DNA of 57,569 nt, counting the filler, from Porpidia crustulata (Eukaryota): the NCBI GenBank assembly GCA_964255105.1. It is 4 parts of 4 records of this genome, joined end to end, with 100 filler letters (N's around TTAATTAATTAA, not from the genome) between each part and the next. Parts side by side here need not be neighbours in the genome. Positions count along the whole stretch, not along the records: positions 1 to 14,375 come from CAXUWE010000381.1; 3 more parts are not named here. One strand, 5' to 3'. The translations under genes were made by a program, and so were the position numbers. Under the pieces are notes generated by a model. That model ran no database searches. It had not been told where the DNA came from and saw only the letters and a list, made by a program, of their open reading frames with translations. Shown in pieces: positions 1 to 12,564 of the stretch. The number at the start of each line of letters is the position of its first letter. Position 1 is the first letter of the stretch.

Positions 1-108
1 TTAGACTTGATTGCTATAGCTTTATCTTCGTTGTTCGTTGAACAAATTAATTCTACAGAGGTGATGATTGATTTTGGTGGGGTGTGCGTTTAGTGTCGGA
101 TTACGTTA
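1..108 (-). mobile_element. End of a degenerate pogo/Fot1 (Tc1/mariner) DNA transposon: TIR plus TA target site
   Basis: 70-106 GATTTTGGTGGGGTGTGCGTTTAGTGTCGGATTACGT followed by TA matches the terminus at 29145-29200. The reverse complement begins ACGTAATC, as recalled for Tan1/Vader-type TIRs. 11-33 resembles the decayed transposase start at ~29090-29112. Confidence 0.8.
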
Positions 109-273
109 ACGATTAGCGCGCCGAGAGTTCTGCTCTTAGCCAACAACCAACCATTCTTCAAATCCTGTGCCTCGCGATAGACAAGTCAATGTCAGTCATA
201 TCTTCTCTAGTAATATAGAATCTATGTTGATAAGTATAGTATCCTGTGCTCAATCGGTGTTCATATTAAAACA

Positions 274-612
274 ATGGCCGTACCGATTCTCCCTGGTGGT
301 AGGTTCTCAATACAGTAATCATATTCATCGCTAATATACTTGGTAGTACTGCATCATCTTGTGTATCCGGGTTGCTGTAGCTGCTTTGGAATTATGGGAA
401 ATGCCTATGTCCTTGGAGGCCAAACCAGGGAGGTGAAGAACGATCTTGGTGAAAAGATCAATGAGCTGGAGAAAGATGGGAAAGAGACGAACATGGAAAT
501 CAAAGACATCAAGAAGGATATAAGGAGTCTCATACGTCGTCAGAATGAACTTGAGGTCCAGACCATGGCTCATGTTGAGAAGCTCGTGGTAGATTGTGGA
601 AAGAAGCGATAA
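274..612 (+). CDS. Small hypothetical protein (~96 aa), hydrophobic/Cys N-terminus plus coiled coil; join(274..298,347..612)
   Basis: acaATGG start; 48-nt GTAGGT..GCTAAT..TAG intron splices in frame into ORF 340..612; charged heptad-like C-terminus. Confidence 0.55.
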
Positions 613-1058
613 GAATATGACGTACTGAGGGTCATTGCTTATGTTGCTTTGCGCGTATACCCATGGTGTAAGCACTCTGTGCTACCTATTGCCATAAACT
701 AGAAAGCAGACCTTGTAAAGAAGAATAAGCTTGCGGAATGGTTCAATCTCATATTCAGGTGACGCATTTCTTCGTCCTTGTCGGTCGCGATGGAGATCGC
801 TGACCTTAGAGGAGGGGGACAAAGACTCAAGAACAACACTCTAGTATCATCAAGCTGCTACTCTCATTGTTCGATGTCTGAAACGCCCACCTCCTTGCCC
901 GTGAAGAAGGCAATTGTCAACTCCTACAACACTCCTCTTGGCGGTGTCATGCATTATATAGTGAGTCTTCAACAGATACTTGACATGGACTCCTATCTCT
1001 CGCAAACCCACCAACACAGCACCAGACCACAATCATCCACAAAACCCGTCGAGACACC

Positions 1059-2054
1059 ATGAACAGAATAAATATGCGTCGTCTTCGGCAATACCTGGAG
1101 CTATATGGGTTCCCGGAAAGGGGTGTGAGCTACTTCATCATGGAAGTAGGATTGCATGCCGCCAACGGGGAGCAACAAGAGTGCCGCCTCCGGCAACTGC
1201 TGTCGGCGGACATTCTTACACCGCGGATTGTCGAGCACATCATCCGCCAAAGCCGGTCGCGCACCGTCAGCTTGGAAACAGTGTCGCAGAGGCCTCTACC
1301 AACGCTACCTTCGCCGGGACCAAGGCCAGAAGCTGCAGGAAGACCCGAGCCTGATGAGGAGTTTGGCAACGGTTCCCAGCTTACATTAGGTTCCTTCCTA
1401 GCTGGCGCCGAATTTGTCGCCGCACTACGCAGAGTCTCGCGAGAGGATCTGGGAGCCGACGAATACGACCGGCAGTGCGTCCTGTGCCGAGAACAGTTCA
1501 CGGAAGACCCGGTCCAACTTCCCTGCGGGCACAACTTCGATTCCGAGTGCCTCCTTCCGTGGCTTTCCCAGGAGCACTCGAATCAAAATTCGTGCCCAAT
1601 CTGCAGACGAGTACTATTCGAGAGGCAGCTTGGCGACATCATCAAGGCCGACTTTGCACCCCTGTCGATATATCAAGACTACCGCGCGGGAGGAGGGCCG
1701 TTGCGAAGCGACTCCGAGCAGGTCCGTGAGCAAATCAATTACAACCGCCGTCACGGCGTCTTCGTGGACTGGGATCTTTACGAGGGATTCGTCAGTACCG
1801 GAGCGAACTTGCCGCCGACGAACGATTCCTGGGACATCTTGGACGGCGACGTACTCACGCCCAGCGAGGATCGTGCCATGTTTGAGGAACTTCGTCGCAG
1901 AGGAGCTTTCGCAGGGCGTGCGATGAATCGTATATTTCGGAGCAGCGGGCAACTGACGGACGCGGACATTTATGATATCTTGCGGAACTCGGGGGCCAGT
2001 TATTGCATTGACTGCAAGAAGTGGCATGAAAGGGAGGGGGTCGCCAGATGGTAG
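1059..2054 (+). CDS. RING-finger protein, putative E3 ubiquitin ligase, intronless
   Basis: 331-aa ORF with CVLC-x12-CGH-x2-D-x2-C-LLPW-x9-S-CPICR RING signature. Confidence 0.8.
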   Translation: MNRINMRRLRQYLELYGFPERGVSYFIMEVGLHAANGEQQECRLRQLLSADILTPRIVEHIIRQSRSRTVSLETVSQRPLPTLPSPGPRPEAAGRPEPDEEFGNGSQLTLGSFLAGAEFVAALRRVSREDLGADEYDRQCVLCREQFTEDPVQLPCGHNFDSECLLPWLSQEHSNQNSCPICRRVLFERQLGDIIKADFAPLSIYQDYRAGGGPLRSDSEQVREQINYNRRHGVFVDWDLYEGFVSTGANLPPTNDSWDILDGDVLTPSEDRAMFEELRRRGAFAGRAMNRIFRSSGQLTDADIYDILRNSGASYCIDCKKWHEREGVARW

Positions 2055-4531
2055 AAAATCATTGCGAGATGTTGAACGCAAGTGATTCGTAAAGAGTGAG
2101 GGAAGGATTGCAAGACCGTCTCATCGAGAAAGTTAATAAAGGATCATAGCTGCGACTTGAAATGGAATTGGAGAACCACTAATATTATATAGACTCACGG
2201 CTAGCAGGATCGAGGACTCGTGGCGCTAATGCTCATAAACGACTCATAGTCGACATTTCCCATTGAATGCTCACCTGATTCCATCAAAATTGAGGCTCAT
2301 CTATCAATATAGTCCGATAATGTAGGCTACTAGAAAGCCCGGCGCAACGACAAGGATGTAAAAAGCTGTGGACGTGGATATCAACATGCCGCGGTCTACT
2401 CAAGAAACGTCCACGATCACGCCATAGATCTCAAAAGCTGGAATGTCGTCGGGACGATACACTGCCTCATACTCCTCATCATTCGATCCTCAGTGTGAAG
2501 CTTTCCCACATCCTTACCTATAGTGGTAATAGCCTTGAGCTTGGCGGTGTATTTGTTTCCTTGCCCCAGAAGCCTTCGCCAACATTATGGATTTTCATGC
2601 TGCGGTTCTCGTGAATAGACTATAGAAGTTATTTTTGGAGAATGGGAGGTATCCAAAGAAACATTTTACGAGCTGTTCTCTTCATGCCACGGTTGTCCGG
2701 CGACTATTGTCTCCATTTGACTGGTCTAGTATTTTTCTGCAGCCGAGTGACCAGCTATTGTCGCTAGCTTTCCCATGCATGTGTACGCTTGGGCGGTACA
2801 AGAAGTCGAGCTTGGCGCTATGATACGTCCTCTCCGAGTAGGAGTTATTGAAGATATTCTGATTGTTTAGAGTCATACCGTATGTTAGTTATATAGATTG
2901 AGAAAAGTTTCTTCATGACACGGTACAATCGAGATCACGCGCTCCTCTAGCTGACTCTCCTCCGGAGCTTTTCCAAGCTTTATCACTGTTTGCCGCCTGC
3001 GATTTAGTTGTCAGGCTTCCCTTGACCTGAGAGCATCTTTACTCGTCTTATAAGACCGATGTAGACTCCACCATCCACCCTCTCCCCCCAATGGACATCA
3101 GAGGCACCTAGGTTTTTGGTAGATGCCTTCCATCATCGATCTTATCGCCGGATGGTCTGCTTCGGATCCTAGGTCAAAATAACAGTACCTATGACCCCGG
3201 GGCATTTGGCGAAACCTATTGCAATCATCGATATAGGATNNNNNNNNNNATATAGGATATTGCCTTCGTGTCTCTGGTCGGTGATTGATCTTGCCACGAC
3301 CTAAGCCGCAAATTTTCAGCCTCCCGCTTCAGCATCAATCTTCTTTACCACTCAGTCGGTACTTACCATCCTATCATCAATGTCATCAAATCCTACTGGT
3401 ACTATGGTCGGAGGACGTTGCTAGGAGCAATGTCGCACAGCTCAATACCGGCTTTTTCAACAATCAACCCGGTGAATTTACCGCCATGGATCCTGAAGTA
3501 GTCCATGAAAGCCTGTATGTTGCGTGCCAGTCGACGGAGAAGCTTCATGGCTCCGTTATTTCGCTACGCTCACAAACCTAGAGCAGCCTTTTGAGACGCT
3601 CGTGTAATGTCGTTATCTTAAATCAAGTAAATTTTAGAATTTGCCGTATATCTTAATCGGCATCATATTGACAGATATTGCATATGTGTACCAATGCGAT
3701 TAGAGTGGTGTATATAAAGTGGAAAGGGGTAGCTGAAAGTGGAAAGATTAGGTGGAGACAGGCTGAAGATTAAGGTTATTGAGCCGGAAGAAAGACATGG
3801 GTTGTGTACTTTGGACACCCGTTCTGGCCCAATTCAAGGGAACCATCCAAGGACACACGTGGCATCAAATTGCAAGATTCGTAGATCACACCCTGTAGAA
3901 GTATCAAATCCTGATGTAGAGCAAGATTATCCTGGTGGAAATGAGGGCTTTCCGCTTGTAGACATGGACAGATCAATTTTTCTGTGGTTTTCGATAAGCG
4001 GATGTTCTCGAATTGACTCTCTCGGCTTAAAATGGGAGATTACCGGGTCCCAATCGGCTCTTAGTGCGACTCAACCGAATCCAAAATGGCGTCGAGGGCA
4101 GGATGGATTTCTTGACCCTGAGAAGAATAAATTTATTAAGCTGCCAGCTCCCAGATTTCGTTCCAGCTTCTAATTTTTCATCTTTTACCAATCTCGTTGT
4201 ATTTTGCACGTATTGTTCGCTTGCAGCCTCTCTTTCCATCTTGCAATTGGGATTGTGTCTGCACACACCTGAAGAAACCGTTAACAGTGAGTAACCCTAC
4301 CACTTTCCCTTGGCTGTCATGGCATGATGCTTGGAGGCTTGCCCAACCAACCTCAGGACGATCAGCCGTGGCTTATGAGCCAATTTCTCAAGGCTGGTGT
4401 CTTACCACTCTCCTCACAAGTTTGCCCACATCTGTTGCTGTGGTTCAAGCGAAAGCCTGGCAGAATGAAGCTAACTGTGCCCAAGCTACTGTAGACCAAG
4501 CCATCTACTTGCCATCGAAACATCCCTTACA

Positions 4532-6517
4532 ATGGCAAGTGCACTGCCTTCGCACCTCAAGGCTGCTATGAGCAATGGGGATGGGGAAGGAGCGTTCGCG
4601 CGGAAACACCATGGAAAATCACAATCGCACGTGGTAAGTCTGAAACAGATTCCATATGCAGTAGAATGCAAGCAACGGAATGTGACAACCGTCGGTGAAC
4701 CTCAGCGCCTTCTGGCGCTGTTGGTCGCCCATCATGTTGGCTGCGACGGAGGAGACCTTTGCTACGAAGCACCAAATATCGCTCTGTGAATGATGGCTCC
4801 TTCCTATCACACACTTTCTTTTCAAATATTTCAATTCTGCAACCACATGACTGGAATACTTCTTACAATTGTATCACCAACATCACACCTAAAATCGCTT
4901 CTACCATCACATATCCTATCTTCTGTAGCACTCGAAGTCTGAGAGCCCTTCATGGCTATTCAGCATTTTTCAGTTCCAGAACAAGTCATCGACATGGCTG
5001 GACCTACTGACTTGAAGAGCCCAAAGCTGACACGGCCTCGTGCTGATTCACAGGCGTTTGAGAATACTTCCACCTCCGTTGCAGCTGGCCAGATGCGCAA
5101 CGCCTTAAATGCACTGGCCGACACATGCACAGATGAAGAAACAAAAGCGCGTTTCGAGACCGAAATGGACAATTTTTTCGGACTATTTCGTCGGTATCTC
5201 AATGACAAGGCAAAGGGCAACGTTCTCTCGTGGGATCGCATCAATCCCCCCCACCCAGAGCAAGTCGTAAACTACAACGACCTCGCCAACTCAGATTCGG
5301 TCGAATATCTTAAGAAGCTTGCAGTTATCAAACTCAATGGTGGTCTAGGTACCTCGATGGGTTGCGTTGGTCCCAAGTCTGTTATCGAAGTTCGTGACGG
5401 CATGTCATTCCTCGATCTTTCGGTCCGTCAGATTGAATACCTGAATCGTACTTACAATGTCAACGTCCCGTTCGTTTTGATGAATTCCTTCAACACCGAC
5501 GAAGACACACAGAACATTATCAAGAAGTACGAGGGCCACAACATCGACATTATGACTTTCAACCAATCTCGCTATCCCCGTATCCTCAAGGATTCGCTTC
5601 TCCCGGCTCCCAAGACATACAATTCCCAGATTTCGGATTGGTATCCTCCCGGGCACGGAGACGTCTTTGAGTCACTTTACAACTCGGGCATCCTAGACAA
5701 GCTCATCGAGCGAGGAGTTGAGGTTGTTTTCTTGTCTAATGCTGATAACCTGGGTGCTGTGGTGGATCTCAGTATCTTGCAGCACATGGTCCAGACCGAC
5801 GCGGAGTACATTATGGAATTGACCGACAAGACCAAGGCTGATGTAAAGGGTGGAACTATTATTGACTACGAGGGCTCGGTTCGTTTGCTTGAAATCGCGC
5901 AGGTACCCAAAGAGCACACCAATGAATTTAAGTCGATCAAGAAATTCAAATACTTCAACACCAACAACATCTGGCTCAACCTGAAAGCCATCAAGAGGGT
6001 TGTCGAGGATAGCGAGCTTGCAATGGAGATTATTCCTAACAGCAAATCTATCCCGGCCGACAAGAAAGGGGAATCCGACGTTTCCATCATCCAACTCGAG
6101 ACTGCAGTTGGTGCAGCTATCCGTCACTTCAAAAACGCTCACGGTGTCAATGTCCCCCGCCGGCGCTTCTTACCCGTCAAGACGTGCTCCGATCTCATGC
6201 TTGTCAAGTCGGATCTTTACAGCCTGCAGCACGGCCAGCTTGTGATGCACCAAGACCGCTTTGGTCCGGCACCCTTGATCAAACTTGGCAACGATTTCAA
6301 AAAAGTCAGCGACTTCCAGAAGCGGATTCCCAGCATTCCAAAGATCGTTGAGCTAGATCACTTGACCATCACCGGAGCTGTGAATCTCGGACGGGGCGTT
6401 GTTATGAAGGGGACCGTTATCATCGTGGCTACCGAAGGAAGTACCATCGATGTTCCTCCAGGATCCGTGTTGGAGAATGTTGTTGTTCAGGGGAGCTTGA
6501 GGCTTTTGGAGCATTAA
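4532..6517 (+). CDS. UGP1: UTP-glucose-1-phosphate uridylyltransferase; join(4532..4633,5054..6517), 521 aa
   Basis: [25 protein letters not shown] and RFLPVK motifs. Exon 1 ([10 protein letters not shown]...HHGKSQSHV) ends at GTAAGT (4634); GCTGAC branch at 5026; CAG acceptor at 5053; phase-0 join to [16 protein letters not shown]. Probable 5'UTR intron 4287..4494. Confidence 0.97.
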
Positions 6518-7511
6518 GCTGCTCTTGTTTGCTCGGATGTACATTAGACTCTGTGACGAATGTGATGCTGGGGCTTTATTATTGTAGCGCTCTTCTCATC
6601 AGGCATAGTCGGGCGGTTGGATGGTTCCTGTACATGATGGTACTAGTGCGTTTCCTTTGAACTACGGGTTTTGTCACTTCGAACGTAACGCATGCCATTG
6701 TTACACTCTTCCTTTACATTAACCGGATCCCTAGTCTAATACCAACCCAATCGATTCTCACCTTTGTATTAAATCAATCCGTGTCCGTCCATTGACCTAC
6801 CATGATGTGTGTCACGAATACGAATTTTATAGCTGAGGTATACCGTGAGACTGCTTGTAGCCGACACTCCCGCATTTTGTGCTAGCATAGGAGTGGAGGG
6901 CACGGAGGGGTAGGGCTTCCGAGACGGGTGCCAAGCGATAAGAAAGCTTGGTACAAAACAAGCATTTTATGACGAAACTAGCGGCAACTCTGTTTCCGAG
7001 CAATCTTTAGATCCGACCGAAGGGAACAGAGACAAAGTCAATACTTGATTCATGAATCATCTTCTCCGTCGCTACCCCGAGCGCTGAACTACATACACTG
7101 CATAACTCACACTCTTATACTCAATACCTCTCGAATTGAGTAAGGTGCTCACAATCAAACAATTACGCGCTGGGCAAGGACAATTCTCGCTTACCACGGT
7201 TTTTCCATTGTTAGGACGCTGACGCGGCCGACCGGTTCGTGCAATCGAGCTCTAAGGAAATTAATGCAAGGAAGTGACCAATTGGCCCACGCTGAGTGAG
7301 GCTGCAGTTGATTGCCTCGTCAAATGACACCGAAAAGCTACTGTCGATCAGAGAATATCACCCAAACCGGAGCACGCGACGTCTTGCCATTTGGGGCGCT
7401 TTACTTTCTGACGACAGTCAGCGGACCTCTTAATCTTAAGGAACTGGGTTATTCTTCGTCATCCGGTATCCACTTATGATGTTCCGGCTGTCTGGATATT
7501 GTTGAGCTCTA

Positions 7512-8642
7512 ATGCTCCCTCGACTGTCAAAATGGCTCTTGCTAGCCACGTCCCTGTTCGGAGTGGTGCTTCAAGTTACCTTAGTACGAGGAGATGCGGA
7601 CTTCGAAAGTGTGAGAGTCTTGTTGAAAGAAGATTCGAGTGGAAGATATGGAGACCCTCCTGGCAAGTATTGGCGTAAGTCGATCCCCCTTCTCCTCTAT
7701 TAGGATTTGCGCCGTTGACACTTTGGAAGATGAATCAACGTGAGTCTTGTCGCATAAATTCTGGTCCATACGACCTGATCGCTGAACTCCTTTTCGCAGC
7801 TTTCACCCACACTATGACGGCCGGTCAGTCCATGTGCTCTGTTATTTCCAACTGAGTCTAAAAGCTCACCACAGATTCGCCGATCGTGAATTGCCTTACG
7901 ATGAACTTCGAACCAACCTTACAATGCTGATACAATCCTACCTCTCAACAATGACTGACCTCGGGGCCGAAACGTGGATAATGCATGGCACGCTAATGGG
8001 CTGGTGGTGGAACCGCAAGGCAAGCCCGACTACAACGTTCTAACATACTTCAAACTGATATTGTATAGATCTTACCGTGGGATTCCGACATCGACGTCCA
8101 GGTATCGGAGTCGACAATCCATTTCCTTGCAAATTACTACAACATGACCATTCACCAGTACATCGCGCCAGAAATGCCTCAGGGAAGAAAATATATGATA
8201 GAGATAAACCCGAATTATGTCAATGGCTCAACGTCCGATCGTTTAAATATGATCGATGCCCGATGGATAGATACAATTACCGGGGTTTTCATTGATATTA
8301 CGACTGTGAGGCTAAAGAAAGGCGCACCTGGTTTACTGACTTGCAAGGACCGGCACAATTATGAAGTCTGTGTTTCGACACATTCCAAGTAGATCGGAGC
8401 TAATTCAGTATCAATACAGATGAACGACATATTTCCCTTGCGGGATAGTATTTTCGAGAATCGACCTGTGAAAATACCTTACAACTATGCATGGCTGATC
8501 GAAGAGGAATATGGAAGGGCATCACTCATAAGAACAACACATAAATCGTCGGTCGCCATTCTGGTCTAGCTCAGACGAAGGCGCTAATCATCGCAGTCAC
8601 ATATTCAATTCAACCAGCATGGAGTGGGAGCGTATAGAGTAA
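7512..8642 (+). CDS. LicD/fukutin-family (Mnn4-like) phosphotransferase, multi-exon, N-terminal signal/anchor
   Basis: Spliced product reads KYWHESTFHPHYDGRF...TWIMHGTLMGWWWNRK/ILPWDSDIDVQ...IDARWIDTITGVFIDIT...CKDRHNY..DIFPLR. Exons include 7512-7674, 7730-7739, 7800-7823 and 7875-8019; stop TAA at 8640-8642. Confidence 0.9.
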
Positions 8643-9651
8643 GTTGCGTGTCATGGACCGATCCGAAAGGATTTGCTTTCAACTCGAGACTGCGGAATCT
8701 CTCCCATTTGAAAAGTACAACACTAATAAATATGCGTGCCTTTAGAAGATATCAAGCCTTTCGCCCCAGCGCTAGTTGAGTATCCTGAATTGAGAGACCC
8801 CGATCTACTCGCGAACAGCTACGCTGCTTCGTTTTGCGGGCTTCCCGATCAAGAGACCGTTAAGCTCATATTTATTGCATGTGGCAAGGCACTGGTTATG
8901 GGAGATGCATCATCGAGGGCGTTGAGCGTTAGTGCTTCGAGGAACATGGCTCATAGTATTCTGTCTAAATTTAAGAGTGGTGTATTTAGTCGTCATGAGG
9001 TTTACTCTGACCCAAACATATCAGGATAGACCAATCATGCAATGTGAATGTGCACTTGATGTCTACCATCAGTGGCTTGTCAGTGTTCTCAGTCTCAGAA
9101 GATCACCCTTGTGCATTTCCTCTGGAGTACCTAAGAAGCTAAGGCAAGGTGTACGCTATGACTAGTGTGGAGTGATAGGACTACTGGTATACACCCCTAA
9201 CTCGAATACATTTCTCAATCGAACAGTACACTTAGGGCTAGGGCTGATCAGTTTTTGGAACCCTAACCCTAGGTGCACTGTTCAATTGAGGAGTGTGTTC
9301 GAGTGAGGGGTGTAGAGGAGTAGCCACAACAGGCTATATTGGTGTGGAGAGCTACGGAGCTGACAAAGAACGTGCCAGGCTTCCATCGACTGATGACCCG
9401 CAATCCAGATCTTACAGACGGTACAGATGTCGCACGGTACTCAATGTTAGTAGACATTCTTAACAGCCTCGCCGAAATTCATTATCATGCTGAGGATGAA
9501 GAGCGGCAATTATCCCATGATCTCAACTCAACTCCTGCCTTTTCAGAATCCCAAGTTGAGAGCAGAAAAGCCACGATCACACAGGATGCACTGCTGCACT
9601 TCGATCTTGTGAAACGAAAAGTAATTCTTAGGAAGTCCGAACAACTTCGCA

Positions 9652-12152
9652 ATGACGGCACCAGCCACTTACTACTCCCCACCCAATGGCAATGAACTCT
9701 CACCCACGGTAACTACAACCTACGAGAACAACAGCTCCTCGCAATCTAATGGAGCTTCCTCATCATCATTGCACTCAAGATCATGCACTATCTGCAGGAA
9801 AAGAAAGGTTCGATGCGACAAAAGACATCCGTGCTCAAACTGCAACAAGACAGGTGCGGAGTGCGTATTCCCCGGTCCGGGCAGAGCACCCCGACGCACA
9901 AAGAAACCGCCGGATACCGAGCTCCTTGCCAGACTACGGAGACTCGAGTCCGTCGTGCAGAATCTAGGAAAGGGAATAGATGACGAAGGGGAGGTCGTTG
10001 AGATCGCGCAGCCGCCAGAGGAGCCTGTGAAACCTACGGTCAAGGAGGAAAAACCAGATAAGATGTTGAAAAGTTGTGGATTTATCGTCTCACCTCCGAG
10101 TCTTCATGATGCGAAGCAGGATGGCATGATCAAAGAGTTTGGACGATTGGTTGTGGACGAGGGTAGGAGTCGGTATGTGAGCAATAAATTCTGGAATAGC
10201 TTGAGCGAAGAGGTGAGTTGCATGTTTGGTACATGTCTACTTGACCGGCCTGTTGCGAAAAGAGGGCATCAGACTCTGTTTGAGCGATTGTGATGAGAAA
10301 CGCTTTCTCACACGTTACACTAAAGCCACATTCCAACACTCGCTAATGGAGTCGGCATGAATAGGTTGCAGAAATGCGTGACATTCTTGATGACCCCACA
10401 GATGATGAGGACGACTACCCTTCGCCCGACTCAAATTCCATGGCATCAATAAATAATCAAGGATTCATTTTTAGCTTCAATTCGTCCGTTCTATCGCTTC
10501 GCGACTTTCACCCGCCATTGGAGCAAATACCTAAGTATTGGGAAATGTACAAAGAAAATGTTGACCCTTTGATCAAGATCTTTCACAGGCCGTATACTGA
10601 GAAGATAATGCTTGAAGCCTCGCAAGATCTAGACCATGTCAGTAAACCGCTGGAGGTCATGATGTTCGCCATATATTTTGCGGTCGTGACCTCGGTCTCT
10701 GCGGAAGAATGCATGACCATATTCTATATAGAAAAGCAAGCTGCTTTGAAGCGGTATCGATTCGCTTTCGAGCAAGCCCTGGCGCGCGCAAGCTTCTTGA
10801 GTACTCAAGAATTAGTAGTGTTGCAATCATTTACCCTTTTTCTAAATTGTGTCCGCCGCTACGACGACAGCCGTTATGTTTGGACCCTCACAGGACTTCT
10901 CATCCGCCTTGCTCAGGCTCTGGGCATCCAACGTGACGGCGCGAAATTTGGTGTTTCACCATATCAAACAGAAATGCGTAGGAAATTGTGGTGGCAGATT
11001 TGCACACTCGACGTGCGAGCATCAGAAGACCATGGGTCTGAACCATCTATAGGCGACCAAACTTTTGACACTTCCTTTCCTCTCAACATAAATGACGAAG
11101 ATATTGATCCAAGTATGAAAGAAGCTCCAAAAGAACGCGAGGGTTGGTCAGAAATGACATTCGATCTCATTCGCTTCTCCGTGAGTACGACTGTGCGGCG
11201 GCTCAGTTACGCTCCAGTGTCTGGCCCATGCCAGAAGAAGGTTGCCGGTCTTACGCTTGAGGATAGGGAGCGACTTATTGAGGAGCTACATCAGTACCTT
11301 GAAAACCAGTATTTGAAATTCTGCGATATGAATGTACCTCTGCACTGGGTCGCTGCAACGGTGGCTAGACTAGTAATGGCTAAAATGTGGCTGATTGTCC
11401 ACCACCCCTTGGGCCGAGGAGATGGAGGTGCCGGTCTGCCACAGGAAACCCAAAACCGTCTCTTTATGACTTCAATCGAGGTTGTCAAGTTTTCGCGGCT
11501 TCTGGAGACTGAGAAGAGCACGCTTAAATGGGGATGGCTTTTCCGAACCTATGTCCAATGGCACGCGGTGGCATTTGTCCTTTCCCAGCTCTGCATCCGT
11601 ACCAAAGGTCCGGAAGCCGAGCATGGGTGGGAAGTGGTTGACAGCGTCTTTGATGAGTGGAGCGATCTTATGCTAGCTAATAAAAGAGGGATGCTTTGGA
11701 AGCCTTTGAGAAAACTCAAGGCGAGAGCTCGTGCTGCTAGGGACAAGGGATTAGAGCAAGAAGCACAATATCCGCTAGACGGTTCCCTTGGACCTATAAA
11801 CCCATCAATAAACGCTGTTTCCAACCCACAGGCCATCCAAATTGAGTCTGCCGACTTTCTCGATTATACTTCTTCGATGTTTGTGGATACTAGCCTCCAA
11901 CAGCCCGTACCACCCAATGTACCACAGACGTTTATACCGATGCCGCAAACCCAGTGTACTGATTCTATGAACCAATGGATATACGATGATATCTACGATA
12001 ACACGGCCATTCCTCCAGATGTTCAAAATGCGGACGAGTCTTTGAGTTGGGCGGGATGGGAAGATATGGTCAAGAACTTTGACATGGAGGTTGAAGATGG
12101 CCAGGGTATTGTGAGGGGACCGGGGCCTAACGGAATGACGAATTGGTGGTAA
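9652..12152 (+). CDS. Zn(II)2Cys6 transcription factor with fungal-specific TF domain; join(9652..10212,10365..12152)
   Basis: SCTICRKRKVRCDKRHPCSNCNKTGAEC binuclear cluster; EMRRKLWWQI..D middle homology region; GTGAGT..GCTAAT..TAG intron keeps frame. Confidence 0.93.
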
Positions 12153-12564
12153 ATGATTTAGGGTATGGCAACGTCGTAGTATAAGCGTGGATATGGGCTA
12201 CGTACACAGCAGATTCGGCATAATTTTAGATACCATTGGCGTACGTTGATGCACATAGGATTCTCTTCTCCGCTTGGCGAATTCACGATCGTTTTATTTG
12301 GTGTCTTCGACAAAACCAAACCTTGATCAAGTATGAATATTCAATTATTGTGGTATCCATTAGCAGTTGTAAACAGTGTCAAGCTGTGACAGCGATATCC
12401 CCCTCATCAAGACGAGGCCCATTCCTGCTTTGTGCTGAATTAGGCTAGCGCTTAGGGGCCGCTACCATCCACGACGTGACACGAAATTCGGATTGGACAA
12501 CAAAATCGTCATCCCTAAAGAATCGTGTTCAGCGGCAGCATCTATTTTGCTGTCTCACTGCGCA

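Noticed and set aside
3231..3260. ATATAGGAT duplicated around a 10-N gap
   Set aside because: Typical scaffolding overlap artefact, not a target-site duplication.
3739..4571. ORFs of 76-144 aa upstream of UGP1
   Set aside because: Non-ATG starts, no recognisable motifs; they overlap the probable UGP1 promoter and 5'UTR.
8900..9270. Telomere-like CCCTAA/TTAGGG motifs and a possible C/D snoRNA nearby
   Set aside because: Only one or two repeat units each; no well-formed C/D box pair with a convincing rRNA guide.
9652..12152. Zn2Cys6 TF as marker of a secondary-metabolite cluster
   Set aside because: Neighbours are LicD and ENT3; no PKS, NRPS or tailoring genes on the contig.
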